A stretch of 64,000 nt of DNA from Wenzhouxiangellaceae bacterium (lineage in GTDB: Bacteria; Pseudomonadota; Gammaproteobacteria; Xanthomonadales; Wenzhouxiangellaceae), in contig OZ245999.1 of assembly GCA_965230265.1 (NCBI GenBank), positions 1,755,158-1,819,157 on the forward strand, in the 5' to 3' direction. The first letter of the stretch is position 1; every line of letters begins with the position of its first letter. This document shows, in pieces, positions 1 through 9,848 of this stretch. Made by a program: the position numbers and the translations under genes. Under the pieces are notes generated by a model, which saw nothing but the letters and a program-made list of their open reading frames with translations, had not been told where the DNA came from and searched no databases.

Positions 1-130
1 TTGCGGGTACGGCTTTATCACAGCCAGCTATCTGGTCAAAGTGCGGTCATGATGTATTAAATAAAAACTGATTGGCGAATTGGAATCATCGATTTGGCTG
101 GTATAGTGTTGGTTTTGTCATGCACCAAAA

Positions 131-592
131 ATGAATCGCACATTTCAGCCTAGCAACCCTGATTTTAGGCAACGGGTTATCGATAGCTTTGCACAACAGC
201 AGGTCATGCAAACCCTGGGAGCTGAGTTAACCAAAGTAGACGCCGGGTTGGTTAGGGTCGAATTACCTTACCAGCCTGAACTTACTCAGCAGCATGGTTT
301 TCTACATGCCGGCATAATAACAACCATCATCGATTCTGCTTGCGGCTATGCCGCTTTTAGTCTTATGCCGGCCCACGCCGAGGTGCTGTCAGTAGAGTTC
401 AAGATTAACCTAATGGCACCGGCCAAAGGTGAACGTTTAATTGCCATTGGCACAGTCATTAAACCTGGGCGCACGCTAACCATTGTTCATGGTGACGCCT
501 ATATGCTTAGCGATAACAAGCAAAAACTGGTATCACACATGGTCGGTACCATGATGTGTTTACAAGAACGTTCAGATATCAATAAAGCTTAA
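131..592 (+). CDS. PaaI-family hotdog-fold acyl-CoA thioesterase (4HBT-like)
   Basis: 153 aa. Hotdog thioesterase pattern (…HGGxxxTLxDxA…GxxxAxxS…) read by eye. Intact ORF, with a hairpin after the stop. Confidence 0.65.
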   Translation: MNRTFQPSNPDFRQRVIDSFAQQQVMQTLGAELTKVDAGLVRVELPYQPELTQQHGFLHAGIITTIIDSACGYAAFSLMPAHAEVLSVEFKINLMAPAKGERLIAIGTVIKPGRTLTIVHGDAYMLSDNKQKLVSHMVGTMMCLQERSDINKA

Positions 593-643
593 TATTGATA
601 AGGCAACCATAGGTTGCCTCGATACGATAAAAGCAGCCTATAA

Positions 644-1162
644 TTATTCGGGAATAATAACGCTATCGATCACGTGAATAATGCCATTACTGGTTTTAAT
701 ATCCGTACTGACAACATTGGCGTTGTCCACCATCACATTATTGCCTTGGACACTGATCTCGATACTATCCCCATTTAATGATTCCAATGTGTGCTTCTCA
801 ATGACTTTTCCGGCCTTATACTTTCCAGCCACAACATGGTAGGTCAATATTGCCACCAGTTGGTCTTTATTTTCTGGTTTTAATAAATTTTCAACGGTTC
901 CTGCAGGCAACTTGGCAAAAGCTTCATCGGTTGGAGCAAAAACCGTCAGCGGACCATCAGCTTTCAATGCATCAACCAGACCGGCAGCTTGCACTGCTGC
1001 GACAAGGGTATTAAAAGAACCTGATTCCACGGCAGTATCCACAATATCCTTTTTGCTGCCATTATGACCTGCCATTGCACTGCTAACAGTCAGCAGCATA
1101 GAGACAAGCAAAGTGATTATTAAACGATTAAATTTGTTCATAGCAATAAACCTCTCAAACAA
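644..1162 (-). CDS. Fasciclin (FAS1) domain secreted protein
   Basis: N-terminal signal peptide. FAS1 hallmarks '[10 protein letters not shown]', 'LxYHVV' and 'GxIHVID' are present. Confidence 0.8.
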   Translation of the reverse strand: MFERFIAMNKFNRLIITLLVSMLLTVSSAMAGHNGSKKDIVDTAVESGSFNTLVAAVQAAGLVDALKADGPLTVFAPTDEAFAKLPAGTVENLLKPENKDQLVAILTYHVVAGKYKAGKVIEKHTLESLNGDSIEISVQGNNVMVDNANVVSTDIKTSNGIIHVIDSVIIPE

Positions 1163-1562
1163 TTAAAAACAAAACATCACAGCATTTGATGTTGTGCTGA
1201 TACTTCGAGGGCCTGGTATTCCGTGGATGCAAAAAATCAATATTAATTATTGATTTAATTATACTTTTTATTAAAACCAACCGGTTAAATTCGTTATAAG
1301 AAACCGCTTTGGATGCAACTGTCTACCAAGGTATTATCCAGACTCTATTTATGCATCCAATGCCGGTTCTGCCACGAAATTAGCCGGTTGATCACAATCA
1401 TTCACTGCGCATTTGTATGCGCTTGTTGTATTAACAACCCGGCAGTCGCCTATGATTTAAGCAGGTTGGTATTTTATATCAGTGACTGTGATCCGATGAC
1501 ACCGATTATTGATAAGTCATATAACAACTTGCTAATCAGTCATCTATCTGAGGAGCAAAATT

Positions 1563-1883
1563 ATGCCTACACAGCATGGGAACATATTTGCCCAATGGGT
1601 TGGGTATTCAATAACAGCCAACGGCGGTATACACACTTATACGTTAAACCCCAATAACCGCGACATTACAGCCGAAGCAGCTATAGCACTGTTAAGCACC
1701 AACGGCAGAAGTCATTTTGCAGAAACGGGTATCTCACGGATTGTTTCCAATGGCGTGACCGAAAACTTCGACCCTCCATTACCGAGAATTAAACGTGGCA
1801 ACGTCACACAAATTACATTCCGTACCGCCAGCACCAGCAACAATCGAGTACACGCCCGTCACATTGTGCATTACTGGAATTAA
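1563..1883 (+). CDS. Hypothetical protein (106 aa)
   Basis: ATG is preceded by GAGGAG 8 nt upstream, and the composition is non-repetitive. I recognise no domain. The overlapping frames 1313..1657 and 1779..2195 look spurious. Confidence 0.35.
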   Translation: MPTQHGNIFAQWVGYSITANGGIHTYTLNPNNRDITAEAAIALLSTNGRSHFAETGISRIVSNGVTENFDPPLPRIKRGNVTQITFRTASTSNNRVHARHIVHYWN

Positions 1884-1895
1884 CAGGAAACCATT

Positions 1896-2234
1896 ATGAA
1901 CTATACAAACATTGATAATATCTCCGTGGGTACCGTAATTGCCTACGACACAGACACCGGTGAAGTCATCTGGACACATGAAGAAATCATTGAGGTAAAG
2001 GGCGATCAGAAAGAATGCCCCAAGCATATATCGCAAAGCGATTGTGAGCATATCCGGACAACAGCTGAGCAGGTTTTCCCTGGTCGGAAAATTGACACCC
2101 TGATCGCACCAGAGCATTTCACCCTGCGGGAAAATATACGTATCGCGGTTGACCCCGATAAAAAATCGCTTATACAGCAAACAGATAAAAAGCAAAGCCT
2201 GGCTGAACGACTTTCAGCATTTAAACAGGAATAA
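1896..2234 (+). CDS. Hypothetical protein (112 aa)
   Basis: ATG with AGGAAA RBS, 12 nt after the preceding ORF, so probably a two-gene operon. No recognised domain. Confidence 0.4.
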   Translation: MNYTNIDNISVGTVIAYDTDTGEVIWTHEEIIEVKGDQKECPKHISQSDCEHIRTTAEQVFPGRKIDTLIAPEHFTLRENIRIAVDPDKKSLIQQTDKKQSLAERLSAFKQE

Positions 2235-2298
2235 CTCTACCCCTGATAGCACGAGCTGTTTTATACAATCATCTGCCCTGTTATGCTGCCGCAGATGA

Positions 2299-3504
2299 TT
2301 ACCGAACCAGACCTAAACCAATTCTGAAACGGGTATCGCGTTGATTAAAATCCAGTAGACTTTCACCAAAACCACGGAACAGTTGCGCATGCAGATAAAA
2401 ACCCAATGTGTTATTGGTTACCTGTGTCAGCGGGTATGTAAAATCAAGTTGTACAGCGCCATTACCCGTCCCCGGATTGCCACGCAAATACGCTTCTAGC
2501 TGAAAGCCCTGACGGCGACCATAAGTTGCTGTCAAACTGGCGTTACCACGAAAATCACTGATGTCTTCATTGCCTTGCCTGCTGCCAAAATAACTCCACA
2601 CCCGCGGCACCAGTGATAACTCATAACCATTATCCAGTTCAAAGTATAAAGCGGGCTCAATGTAGGCAATATTCAGACTGCGAGAATCATCACCGTCACG
2701 GCCGTTGGATTCATGCTGTATGCCAACCTGCAAATCTGCATGACTGGCTTCACGCAGTATCGGCAAATTGACATCACTGAACTGATAAAACAATTCCGGC
2801 AAAAAGTTGGTGTCTTCAAATGGCAATGAGTCAGCTTCTAAATCCCATAGCGACAATTGTGTATAGGCAAAATAAAAGCCACGTAACCAATCATATTCTT
2901 CAGCGATAACACTATTGGGATTAATAAACTGATACTTAAAGCTGAGCTGAAACTTCGCATCATCCAGATCTGCACCTGCAAGAAAATAATTGGGATGATA
3001 AGCCTGGATACTGCCGAGAAAATCATTGTTTTTCAAATCATCATCTTCGCTCTCGACCGCACTTAAAAATGCAAAACTTTGATCTTCACGCACCGGTGAA
3101 TAAGCCAGCAAATGTGCTACCGGACCATCAAAATGCTTAATCGTCACAGCCACCGGTCCATCATGTACAAAACTTTCTGGAAGCCGTACCTGATAATCAG
3201 CCTGTCTGATCTGGGGGCTTTGCGCAGAACGGCTTGCACTGCCTGGTATACGTGTCAGTATCAGGTTGAGTGATTTTTCCTGCAAGTCGATACTGGCTTC
3301 AAGGTTTTCCGGCAGTGTTGCTGCTGCATCAAAAATATTGTGAAATAAAACCGTTATGGTAATTCTTTCACCGGCTGTCACCGGCTGTGATGGCGGCACT
3401 GCAACAAGCTGTTGTGCCTGGACTGTAATGCTTGTTAATACTGTTAGAGTCAACAACGTATACAACAATGCCCCTGAGCATTTAGTCTTCATAATGAGAT
3501 CCAT
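2299..3504 (-). CDS. pldA: Outer-membrane phospholipase A1 (OMPLA)
   Basis: Signal peptide. Has the catalytic 'HESNGR' His-Ser motif and the 'YTQLSLWD' motif typical of PldA; its ~400 aa length also fits. Confidence 0.8.
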   Translation of the reverse strand: MDLIMKTKCSGALLYTLLTLTVLTSITVQAQQLVAVPPSQPVTAGERITITVLFHNIFDAAATLPENLEASIDLQEKSLNLILTRIPGSASRSAQSPQIRQADYQVRLPESFVHDGPVAVTIKHFDGPVAHLLAYSPVREDQSFAFLSAVESEDDDLKNNDFLGSIQAYHPNYFLAGADLDDAKFQLSFKYQFINPNSVIAEEYDWLRGFYFAYTQLSLWDLEADSLPFEDTNFLPELFYQFSDVNLPILREASHADLQVGIQHESNGRDGDDSRSLNIAYIEPALYFELDNGYELSLVPRVWSYFGSRQGNEDISDFRGNASLTATYGRRQGFQLEAYLRGNPGTGNGAVQLDFTYPLTQVTNNTLGFYLHAQLFRGFGESLLDFNQRDTRFRIGLGLVR

Positions 3505-3536
3505 TTAAATGAGCGTAATGTAAAGAAACGTCTGAT

Positions 3537-6170
3537 TTATTGTGTAAATACATCCACATAGGTTTTCGCCAGCTCGCGCCAGTCCAGCTTTTGTGCATAT
3601 TTACGGCCAGCGCCCGCCAGCTTTTGGTGCGTTTTAGGCTCGGTCAGTAAACGCATAATATGATCGGCCAGCACATCCCAGTCATCGTCAATATAGGCTT
3701 CCAGCCCAGGTCGTGCCGGTATACCTTCAATCCCCTTACTGGTACTGACCACAGGCACACCACAGGCAAAATAATCAATAATTTTCATGCGTGTCCCGCC
3801 CCCATCCAATAACGGCACCACTGCCACATCTGCCCCTTTCAGATATTCAGCAACTATTTCCACACTGCCAGTGAAATGGACATCTTTATGAATAAAGTCT
3901 TTGGGGATCATTTTCCCAACGGCCATTACCTTAGGTTGCAGGCCGCGTGCATGCAGACGCGGCAATATTTCTGTTGCCATGGTTTTTATCGCCGTTAAAT
4001 TCGGCGGATATTCATAGGTTCCGTGGTATACCAGCACCTTGTCATCTTTATCCCAGCCACATTCGCTGCGTATATCTCTGGGCTGGGCTTTATCAAAAGT
4101 TGTAAGATCCACGCCATGCGGTATCAGGTGCAGCAGTTGGCGTTTAACACCATCGGCTTCCAGTTTTTCACGATCGTTTTCCGATACACAAATGACCGCA
4201 TCAGATAAATTGGCAAAATCAATTTCCAGCCGTTTTAAGCGTTGATATTGATCATCGGTCAGACTGGGTTCCTGGTTTTTAAGGCGCTCGTACTCTACAT
4301 TGTGTTCAACCAGAATCACCTTACCGCCACGAATTCGTTTGGTCAGCCAGCACGGTCGCACATAGGCGGGAAACTCCGCCTGATAGATATTCGCATTAAT
4401 TTTTTTCGCCACATGCAAAGTGCGCCAGGTAAAACTGTTATCACTGAGCGGCATATACAAAAATGCATTGCTGCGTGGTACCTCACGCGCATAGTGCAAT
4501 AACATGCTGAACCGTTCCGGCAGACTGGTGAATTTTTGCCAGAACGGTAATTTCCGCTCATGTCGCTGGCCGTTTTTGTATAACCAATATCGATGCCTTT
4601 CACTGGTGACAATTGCAACATCACGACCCGTTAATGACAAAGCTTTGGCGGTCTCTACAATTTTTACTGCACCACCATGATCAGTGGGATAAATATCCGC
4701 ACGTGTCACAATCACTACATTACCCGGGTGATCGGTTTTCACCTTGCGTGAAAACAACCGGGCCAGACGCACCTCAACAGCACCAATAAGATGCTTGGGC
4801 AATTGTCTCAACGGATAGGGGTAAGGAATACGTGCGCGCAATTGCCGGTACAAACTTCGCACATTGGGTTTACCCAGGCTGCGTTTAGCACTGTACATCA
4901 GATACGGATCAGCATCGGGTGGCAGCGATTCTGATACTGTCACATCTGCAGTAACCAACTCGGATTCTGATGTAGACACCGTGCTTGCAGAAACCTCTGA
5001 TGCCAGCCCTCCGCCTGCTGCTGTTGCATTTTCAGACTGGGCCAGGCGTTGTGTGCGAATCGGGTTACGCAAATAATCCAATAACGGATCAATGCAGTCT
5101 TTGGGCTGAAACTGTTCTTTCACCAACTGCAGAGCGTTGTTGGAACGCCTGCAGAACTCCACTGAATCGCTGGTTATGGCCTGCAAAACGTCAGGTAAAT
5201 CAGCAGGCTTTGACACCGTCCAGCCCGCCTCATAGTCGCGCACATACGCTGCCAGGTTAATAAAATCGTTACAGATAATCGGCATACCATGGCGTAAAAA
5301 CTCCATGGCGCGAAATGATTGGCTGAAATAACGCTCGACATTAAACTCTGCCAGTTCAATACCAATATGTCCTCGCTGCTCCAAAAAACGCGTGTAATCG
5401 GCATAGCTATGCAGGGCCATGCTGTGTACGGCTTCACTCAATTGCAGACCATCGAGCGCGTCTTCACCAACATCCTGAATTTTTGGATAATCGCCGCCGA
5501 ACATTACCAGGTGGGCTTTTTTTTCATTACCGGTATTGTGTTGTTGCAGCCACGTGTCAATCTGATCGATATACCCTTGCTGTATCCGCCACGGCCACTC
5601 TACTCCACCCCCGATCAATAACATGGTTTGATCTGGTGCTGACTTGGATCGATCAGTAGCTGTCTGGGCTGCTATGGGCACCACGCCAACCGGAATGTTA
5701 CTGCGCACATCCAAACCGGCCTGAATCAGATAGGGAATTAATAAATCGGCCTGACGCTGATTGCCCACCAAAAAATAATCTGCACGTGCCAGGCAATCCA
5801 ATAGCTTCTGCAATGATAGATCACGCGTTTCTACTGGCTCATATAAAGCTTCTAACGGCCTGGGCGCAATAAAATCCAGGACCATGGGAATATCAATATC
5901 TGCAGGCAAATCCGCGATTAACATCCAATAACCAAACAAAATCACATCAGGCTGCTGGCTCTCGATATGTCGCACCAGCTCATCGCTGTTGCGATACATA
6001 TTGCGAATATCCGGTACGGGCGATTTATCGTAGGGTTGGCGAAACACCTGTGCGACCTGATGCCCATGCGCTTGCAAAGCCTGCAGCAAATGCGCAGCAC
6101 GTACCATATTGCCACGCGCGGCCAGTTCAGCCTCCAGGGGTGGCTCTAGAGTGATAAAAAGTATTTTCAT
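3537..6170 (-). CDS. Two-domain glycosyltransferase (N-terminal GT-B domain plus C-terminal GT4 family-1 domain)
   Basis: The C-terminal half carries the GT4 signature (…GxxxxEYxxGADVAVVPLLDGGGTRMKIIDYFACGVPVVST…). The N-terminal half is a second GT-B-like Rossmann pair, joined by a Ser/Thr/Ala-rich linker. I re-assigned the start to ATG 6170 (MKILFITLE…), which overlaps the mgtE stop as TAATG. The track's upstream extension to 6413 overlaps mgtE and has no domain. Confidence 0.7.
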   Translation of the reverse strand: MKILFITLEPPLEAELAARGNMVRAAHLLQALQAHGHQVAQVFRQPYDKSPVPDIRNMYRNSDELVRHIESQQPDVILFGYWMLIADLPADIDIPMVLDFIAPRPLEALYEPVETRDLSLQKLLDCLARADYFLVGNQRQADLLIPYLIQAGLDVRSNIPVGVVPIAAQTATDRSKSAPDQTMLLIGGGVEWPWRIQQGYIDQIDTWLQQHNTGNEKKAHLVMFGGDYPKIQDVGEDALDGLQLSEAVHSMALHSYADYTRFLEQRGHIGIELAEFNVERYFSQSFRAMEFLRHGMPIICNDFINLAAYVRDYEAGWTVSKPADLPDVLQAITSDSVEFCRRSNNALQLVKEQFQPKDCIDPLLDYLRNPIRTQRLAQSENATAAGGGLASEVSASTVSTSESELVTADVTVSESLPPDADPYLMYSAKRSLGKPNVRSLYRQLRARIPYPYPLRQLPKHLIGAVEVRLARLFSRKVKTDHPGNVVIVTRADIYPTDHGGAVKIVETAKALSLTGRDVAIVTSERHRYWLYKNGQRHERKLPFWQKFTSLPERFSMLLHYAREVPRSNAFLYMPLSDNSFTWRTLHVAKKINANIYQAEFPAYVRPCWLTKRIRGGKVILVEHNVEYERLKNQEPSLTDDQYQRLKRLEIDFANLSDAVICVSENDREKLEADGVKRQLLHLIPHGVDLTTFDKAQPRDIRSECGWDKDDKVLVYHGTYEYPPNLTAIKTMATEILPRLHARGLQPKVMAVGKMIPKDFIHKDVHFTGSVEIVAEYLKGADVAVVPLLDGGGTRMKIIDYFACGVPVVSTSKGIEGIPARPGLEAYIDDDWDVLADHIMRLLTEPKTHQKLAGAGRKYAQKLDWRELAKTYVDVFTQ

Positions 6171-7534
6171 TACAACAGCAGCAGTGTGCCCAAACCAAGA
6201 AACGCCAGGAAACCTATCACATCGGTGACTGTGGTCAAGACCACACCACCTGCCAGAGCCGGATCGATTGATAATCGTTTCAGCACCATTGGCACCACCA
6301 CACCTGCCAAGGCAGCACAAATCAGGTTGATGGCTATTGCACAAGCGATCACCAGGCCCAGTGATAAATCCTGAAACCACAGCATTGCGACCAGACCAAC
6401 CACCAGAGACCAAATCAGACCATTTAAGGACCCCACCAATAGCTCTTTGCGCAGCATGTAATAAGCATTACCCGAACCGATCTGCCCTAAGGCCATGCCG
6501 CGGATCATCAAGGTCAATGTCTGGGTGCCGGCAATTCCACCCATACTGGCGACTACCGGCATCAAAATGGCTAATGCCACTACTTTGTCCAGCGTTGCTT
6601 CAAAGTGACCGATGACCCAGGCAGCCAGAAAAGCCGTCAGCAAATTAACCCCTAACCATACTGTGCGTCTGAAAGTGGTACGAAACACCGGGGCAAACAT
6701 ATCCTCTTCTTCATCCAGCCCGGCCACTGCCAATACCGAATGCTCTGCTTCATCCCGAATCACATCAACGACATCGTCAATGGTAATCCGGCCCAGCAGA
6801 TTGTTTTCCGCATCCACCACCGGTGCTGAGATCAAGTCAAAATGGGTAAATTCGCGTGCCACCGCGTTGGCAGACATGGTCACAGGAATGGCGCTGATTT
6901 CCTGATTAATGGTATCGGATACTGCCTGATCAGTATCTTTGGTTAACAAATCCACCAGGCTCAAAGTGCCCAGGTATTTGCCATTGCGGTTAACCACAAA
7001 TAACTGATCCGACATTTCTGGCAGCTCGCCACGCGCACGCAAATAACGCTGTACCACATCCAGACTGACATCCGGACGAACCGTAACCACATTAGGGTTC
7101 ATCAGGCCACCGGCTGAATCTTCATCGTATTGCAGTACCTGCACCAGTCGGTCACGGTTCTGGCGATCCATCGACGACAGGACTTCACGCACCACCGCAT
7201 CTGGAACATCTTCCAGAATATCCGCAACATCATCGATATCCAGCGAACCGATGGCAGTGACCAGTTCGGTGTCATCCATGTCACGGATTAATTGAACGCG
7301 AACCTCGTCATTGACCTCAACCAGAACCTCACCATCGAGCTCTGGATCCACCAATTCCCAAATCACTTGACGCTTAACGGGCGGCAAAGACTCCAGCAAT
7401 TCGGCAACTTCCGCCCCCGATAAAGTGGCGATCATGCGACGAACACGCGCTAACGTGCCCGCATCCAGTGCTTCTGAAATGCGATGTATCTGTCTGGCGT
7501 GTTGTTCTTCGAAGACGACTTCAGTCATGGCCAT
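6170..7534 (-). CDS. mgtE: Magnesium transporter MgtE
   Basis: Has an MgtE N-domain, two CBS domains (…VVDxxxxLxGxIxxxDxx…) and a C-terminal five-TM MgtE channel domain carrying the conserved 'LxxxVxDxxG' end. Confidence 0.9.
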   Translation of the reverse strand: MAMTEVVFEEQHARQIHRISEALDAGTLARVRRMIATLSGAEVAELLESLPPVKRQVIWELVDPELDGEVLVEVNDEVRVQLIRDMDDTELVTAIGSLDIDDVADILEDVPDAVVREVLSSMDRQNRDRLVQVLQYDEDSAGGLMNPNVVTVRPDVSLDVVQRYLRARGELPEMSDQLFVVNRNGKYLGTLSLVDLLTKDTDQAVSDTINQEISAIPVTMSANAVAREFTHFDLISAPVVDAENNLLGRITIDDVVDVIRDEAEHSVLAVAGLDEEEDMFAPVFRTTFRRTVWLGVNLLTAFLAAWVIGHFEATLDKVVALAILMPVVASMGGIAGTQTLTLMIRGMALGQIGSGNAYYMLRKELLVGSLNGLIWSLVVGLVAMLWFQDLSLGLVIACAIAINLICAALAGVVVPMVLKRLSIDPALAGGVVLTTVTDVIGFLAFLGLGTLLLL

Positions 7535-7670
7535 ACTCCGCTTGATATCCGCTTAATCGCTGACAGGCATTATGCAACAGGCTGTGTGCTGACAGCCAGC
7601 TATATATGCAAACTGAATAACCGGACGAAAGCCCGGAGATCGGTCCTAACTCAGCAAAGGTGACAGGTAA

Positions 7671-8273
7671 TCAGACTGCCTGTAATTGATGCCAGCGTTT
7701 GCATGCCAGCGCAAACCCGCCAAACAATATGGTGCAGTAAAACAGATCACCCAGCAGGTTGTTGCCATAAAATGGCAAGCCTGCAGTGTAACAGGCCACC
7801 AGCCCCTGCCACGTTTGTGGGTACAGTTGCCCACTGGCCCATACTCCAAAGTTGGACAACAAAAAGAACAGCGTTGAACTGGCCACACTGCATCCGGCAA
7901 TTCGCGTGACCGTGCGCTGGTTATTCAATACCACATGCCCTAACAGAACCACCAGGGCAAATGCTGCATAAGTCCACAATGCGTCCGGGTAAGTGAATAC
8001 AAAACCATCGAAGTATGCGCCATAAACAAAGTTGTTCAGCAGCAAATCGCTCAGCCATAAAGCAGCCAGCGTCACAATCAATGCCAGTTTTCGATCACCC
8101 AGGTATGCGCCACCGAACAACGCCATTGCGCCAATCGGTGTAAAGTTCCAAGGGTGCGGCAATAATCGGCTAAGCGCAGCCACAAGGATCACCAGCACAA
8201 TCCAGGGAATCATGGAACGACGGGCTTGGTTGGTAATGCTGTTGTTAATATTTGAGGGCATAGCAGTCATCAA
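7671..8273 (-). CDS. Hypothetical polytopic membrane protein
   Basis: 200 aa with 5-6 hydrophobic helices; family not recognised. The true start may be the internal M at 'MIPWIV'. Confidence 0.45.
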   Translation of the reverse strand: MMTAMPSNINNSITNQARRSMIPWIVLVILVAALSRLLPHPWNFTPIGAMALFGGAYLGDRKLALIVTLAALWLSDLLLNNFVYGAYFDGFVFTYPDALWTYAAFALVVLLGHVVLNNQRTVTRIAGCSVASSTLFFLLSNFGVWASGQLYPQTWQGLVACYTAGLPFYGNNLLGDLFYCTILFGGFALACKRWHQLQAV

Positions 8274-8402
8274 CGTGTTTGATGTACCAATTATAAAGTG
8301 TGTTTGAGAATAAACTAGCCCAAATATTGTTGAACAGCAGCAAGACGCAACGAACCTGACCGCCCTACAACAACTTGCAACGTAAAATTCAATGGCGCTC
8401 GT

Positions 8403-8915
8403 TCACCGCTCACTGGCATCAAAGTTGCGAAGCCAGGAAAAAAGCTTTGCCAAACCACCCGAACCAAACATTAGGCAAACGCTAAAAGCCAGACCCAGAA
8501 GGCCAATAACCAACTTAATTGTAAAGTCACCCGGAAGCAACATTACTTCAGATGAAGCCTGTGAAATAACGATCAGGTAGATCACATCACCAATGCTTTG
8601 ATAAAAGATCCAAATACCAAGCAAAACCACACCAATTCTGAAAATAGCCGTGTGGTTTACCGCCCCCTGTAAAGCACCTTTGTCCAAACCTGGCGCGAGT
8701 TTTTTGGCGAGAGTGTATGGAAACAGCCATAAAACAACAGCGGCCACCGCAGGCAGCATAATGACCCCAAAAGAAGTCCATGGGAACTGCAACCAATCAC
8801 CGTTGGCTCGTTGGATTAGCCAGGCGCTACCAAGTTGCTTTAACGCCAGCCAGGCAAGAAAAATGGCAAGCAACCTAATGCCCGCTGCAACCACTGCATA
8901 GACATTAACTGCCAT
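8403..8915 (-). CDS. Hypothetical membrane protein
   Basis: 170 aa with 4 predicted TM helices, and 2 nt from the downstream gene. No domain recognised. Confidence 0.45.
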   Translation of the reverse strand: MAVNVYAVVAAGIRLLAIFLAWLALKQLGSAWLIQRANGDWLQFPWTSFGVIMLPAVAAVVLWLFPYTLAKKLAPGLDKGALQGAVNHTAIFRIGVVLLGIWIFYQSIGDVIYLIVISQASSEVMLLPGDFTIKLVIGLLGLAFSVCLMFGSGGLAKLFSWLRNFDASER

Positions 8916-8917
8916 AT

Positions 8918-9802
8918 TTACCCCTTCAGAAACAATAAAGTCATCCGATCACTTTCACCTATTGACTGATATTTTGCCCGATCTGTTTCCCCCAGGCGTA
9001 ACGATGGCGGTAATGTCCATACGCCTTCAGGATGATCATGCGTGTCTTTGGGGTTGGCGTTGATTTCAGATTTTTTGGCCAGCTCAAAACCGGCCTGCTC
9101 TGCCAATTCAATGATGGTCGCTTCTGACACATAGCCATTGGGCGCGGTTTGCTTAGGGTCACTGCCTGCTGTTGCACGATGCTGCACTATACCCAAGTGA
9201 CCGCCATGCTTTAGCACATCGTAAAAATCGGCAAATACCTCTTCAGCGATACCATCTTCAACCCAGCCATGCGCGCTGCGAAAAGTCACAACCAAATCAA
9301 CCGTCTCGCTTTTACCGAGCTGTTGTTGAGCCGGGTCCACATAGCCTGTGACTTTTACATCACCAAACACCTCTTTATTTTCAGACAACTTGCTCAGCAG
9401 TTGCCGATCCAGATTAAAACGATAACTTGGATTTTCCGGTTCAGTTTCCAGATGAGGCTCATAAGCCACAGCAATCAATTGGCCATTGCCCTTTACCACA
9501 GGCCCCAGAATATCGGTATACCAACCGGCACCTGGCCAGATTTCCATGACCGTCATATCATCACGTAAACCAAAAAACTCTAGCGTTTCTAATGGATGGC
9601 GATATTGATCACGTGCCTTGTTCGATTGGCTACGGTGCCCCCCGTCTATCGCCGTCTGAATTTTTTTACTGACGTGATGCGTTTTACTCTCTCCAGCCAG
9701 TACGCCACTGATCGAACCCCCTATTGATACAACCAAAGTACTCAGCACTATTGCGACAAGTCGTTTCATATTAAATCCTGCTCTAAATGCTACGATTAGC
9801 AT
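8918..9802 (-). CDS. Signal-peptide-bearing class-I SAM methyltransferase-like protein (paralogue A)
   Basis: Signal peptide. The 'LExxxFFGxxxxMxVxExxPGxGWYTxxL' and '…FRxxHxW' blocks are shared with the paralogue at 14870..15658. Confidence 0.6.
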   Translation of the reverse strand: MLIVAFRAGFNMKRLVAIVLSTLVVSIGGSISGVLAGESKTHHVSKKIQTAIDGGHRSQSNKARDQYRHPLETLEFFGLRDDMTVMEIWPGAGWYTDILGPVVKGNGQLIAVAYEPHLETEPENPSYRFNLDRQLLSKLSENKEVFGDVKVTGYVDPAQQQLGKSETVDLVVTFRSAHGWVEDGIAEEVFADFYDVLKHGGHLGIVQHRATAGSDPKQTAPNGYVSEATIIELAEQAGFELAKKSEINANPKDTHDHPEGVWTLPPSLRLGETDRAKYQSIGESDRMTLLFLKG

Positions 9803-9805
9803 ACA

Positions 9806-9840
9806 AAAAAGCCCGGCAATTTACCGGGCTTTGCTAAAAA
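9806..9840 (-). terminator. Rho-independent terminator (bidirectional-capable hairpin)
   Basis: AAAAAAGCCCGG-caattta-CCGGGCTTTGCtaaaaaa. A GC stem is flanked by an A-run and a T-run, immediately after the minus-strand gene that ends at 9849. Confidence 0.6.
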
Positions 9841-9848
9841 ATGATGCT

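Noticed and set aside
1313-2195. Track ORFs 1313..1657 (+) and 1779..2195 (-)
   Set aside because: Both are Cys/Ile-rich low-complexity translations of AT-rich DNA with no RBS. They overlap the better-supported ORFs at 1563..1883 and 1896..2234 in other frames, so they are probably spurious.
3537-6413. The 958-aa version of the glycosyltransferase ORF, starting at 6413
   Set aside because: The first 81 codons overlap the mgtE coding region on the same strand and are Gly/Cys/Arg-rich with no domain. ATG 6170 gives a canonical GT N-terminus (MKILFITLEPP) and a TAATG overlap with mgtE, so I took 6170 as the start.
2838-7284. Numerous 60-100-aa ORFs nested antisense or out of frame inside pldA, the glycosyltransferase and mgtE (e.g. 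2838..3026, 4023..4624, 4864..5621, 5967..6149, 6186..6905, 7102..7284)
   Set aside because: All lie wholly inside long, motif-supported genes. They have biased (Arg/Ser/Pro-rich) composition typical of off-frame translation of GC-rich coding DNA and lack RBSs.
7535-7670. Possible Mg2+ riboswitch (M-box) in the mgtE leader
   Set aside because: The 135-nt leader has a direct GCTGACAG repeat and some pairing potential, but it is much shorter than the ~160-nt M-box. I could not identify the conserved M-box core by eye. This is left unresolved rather than called.
8032-9568. Plus-strand ORFs 8032..8307, 8392..8580, 8650..8901 and 9269..9568, antisense to the minus-strand membrane and methyltransferase-like genes
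   Set aside because: They are antisense to hydrophobic membrane-protein genes (giving Ala/Arg/Pro-rich artefacts) and lack RBSs. The minus-strand genes are contiguous, with 2-nt spacing.
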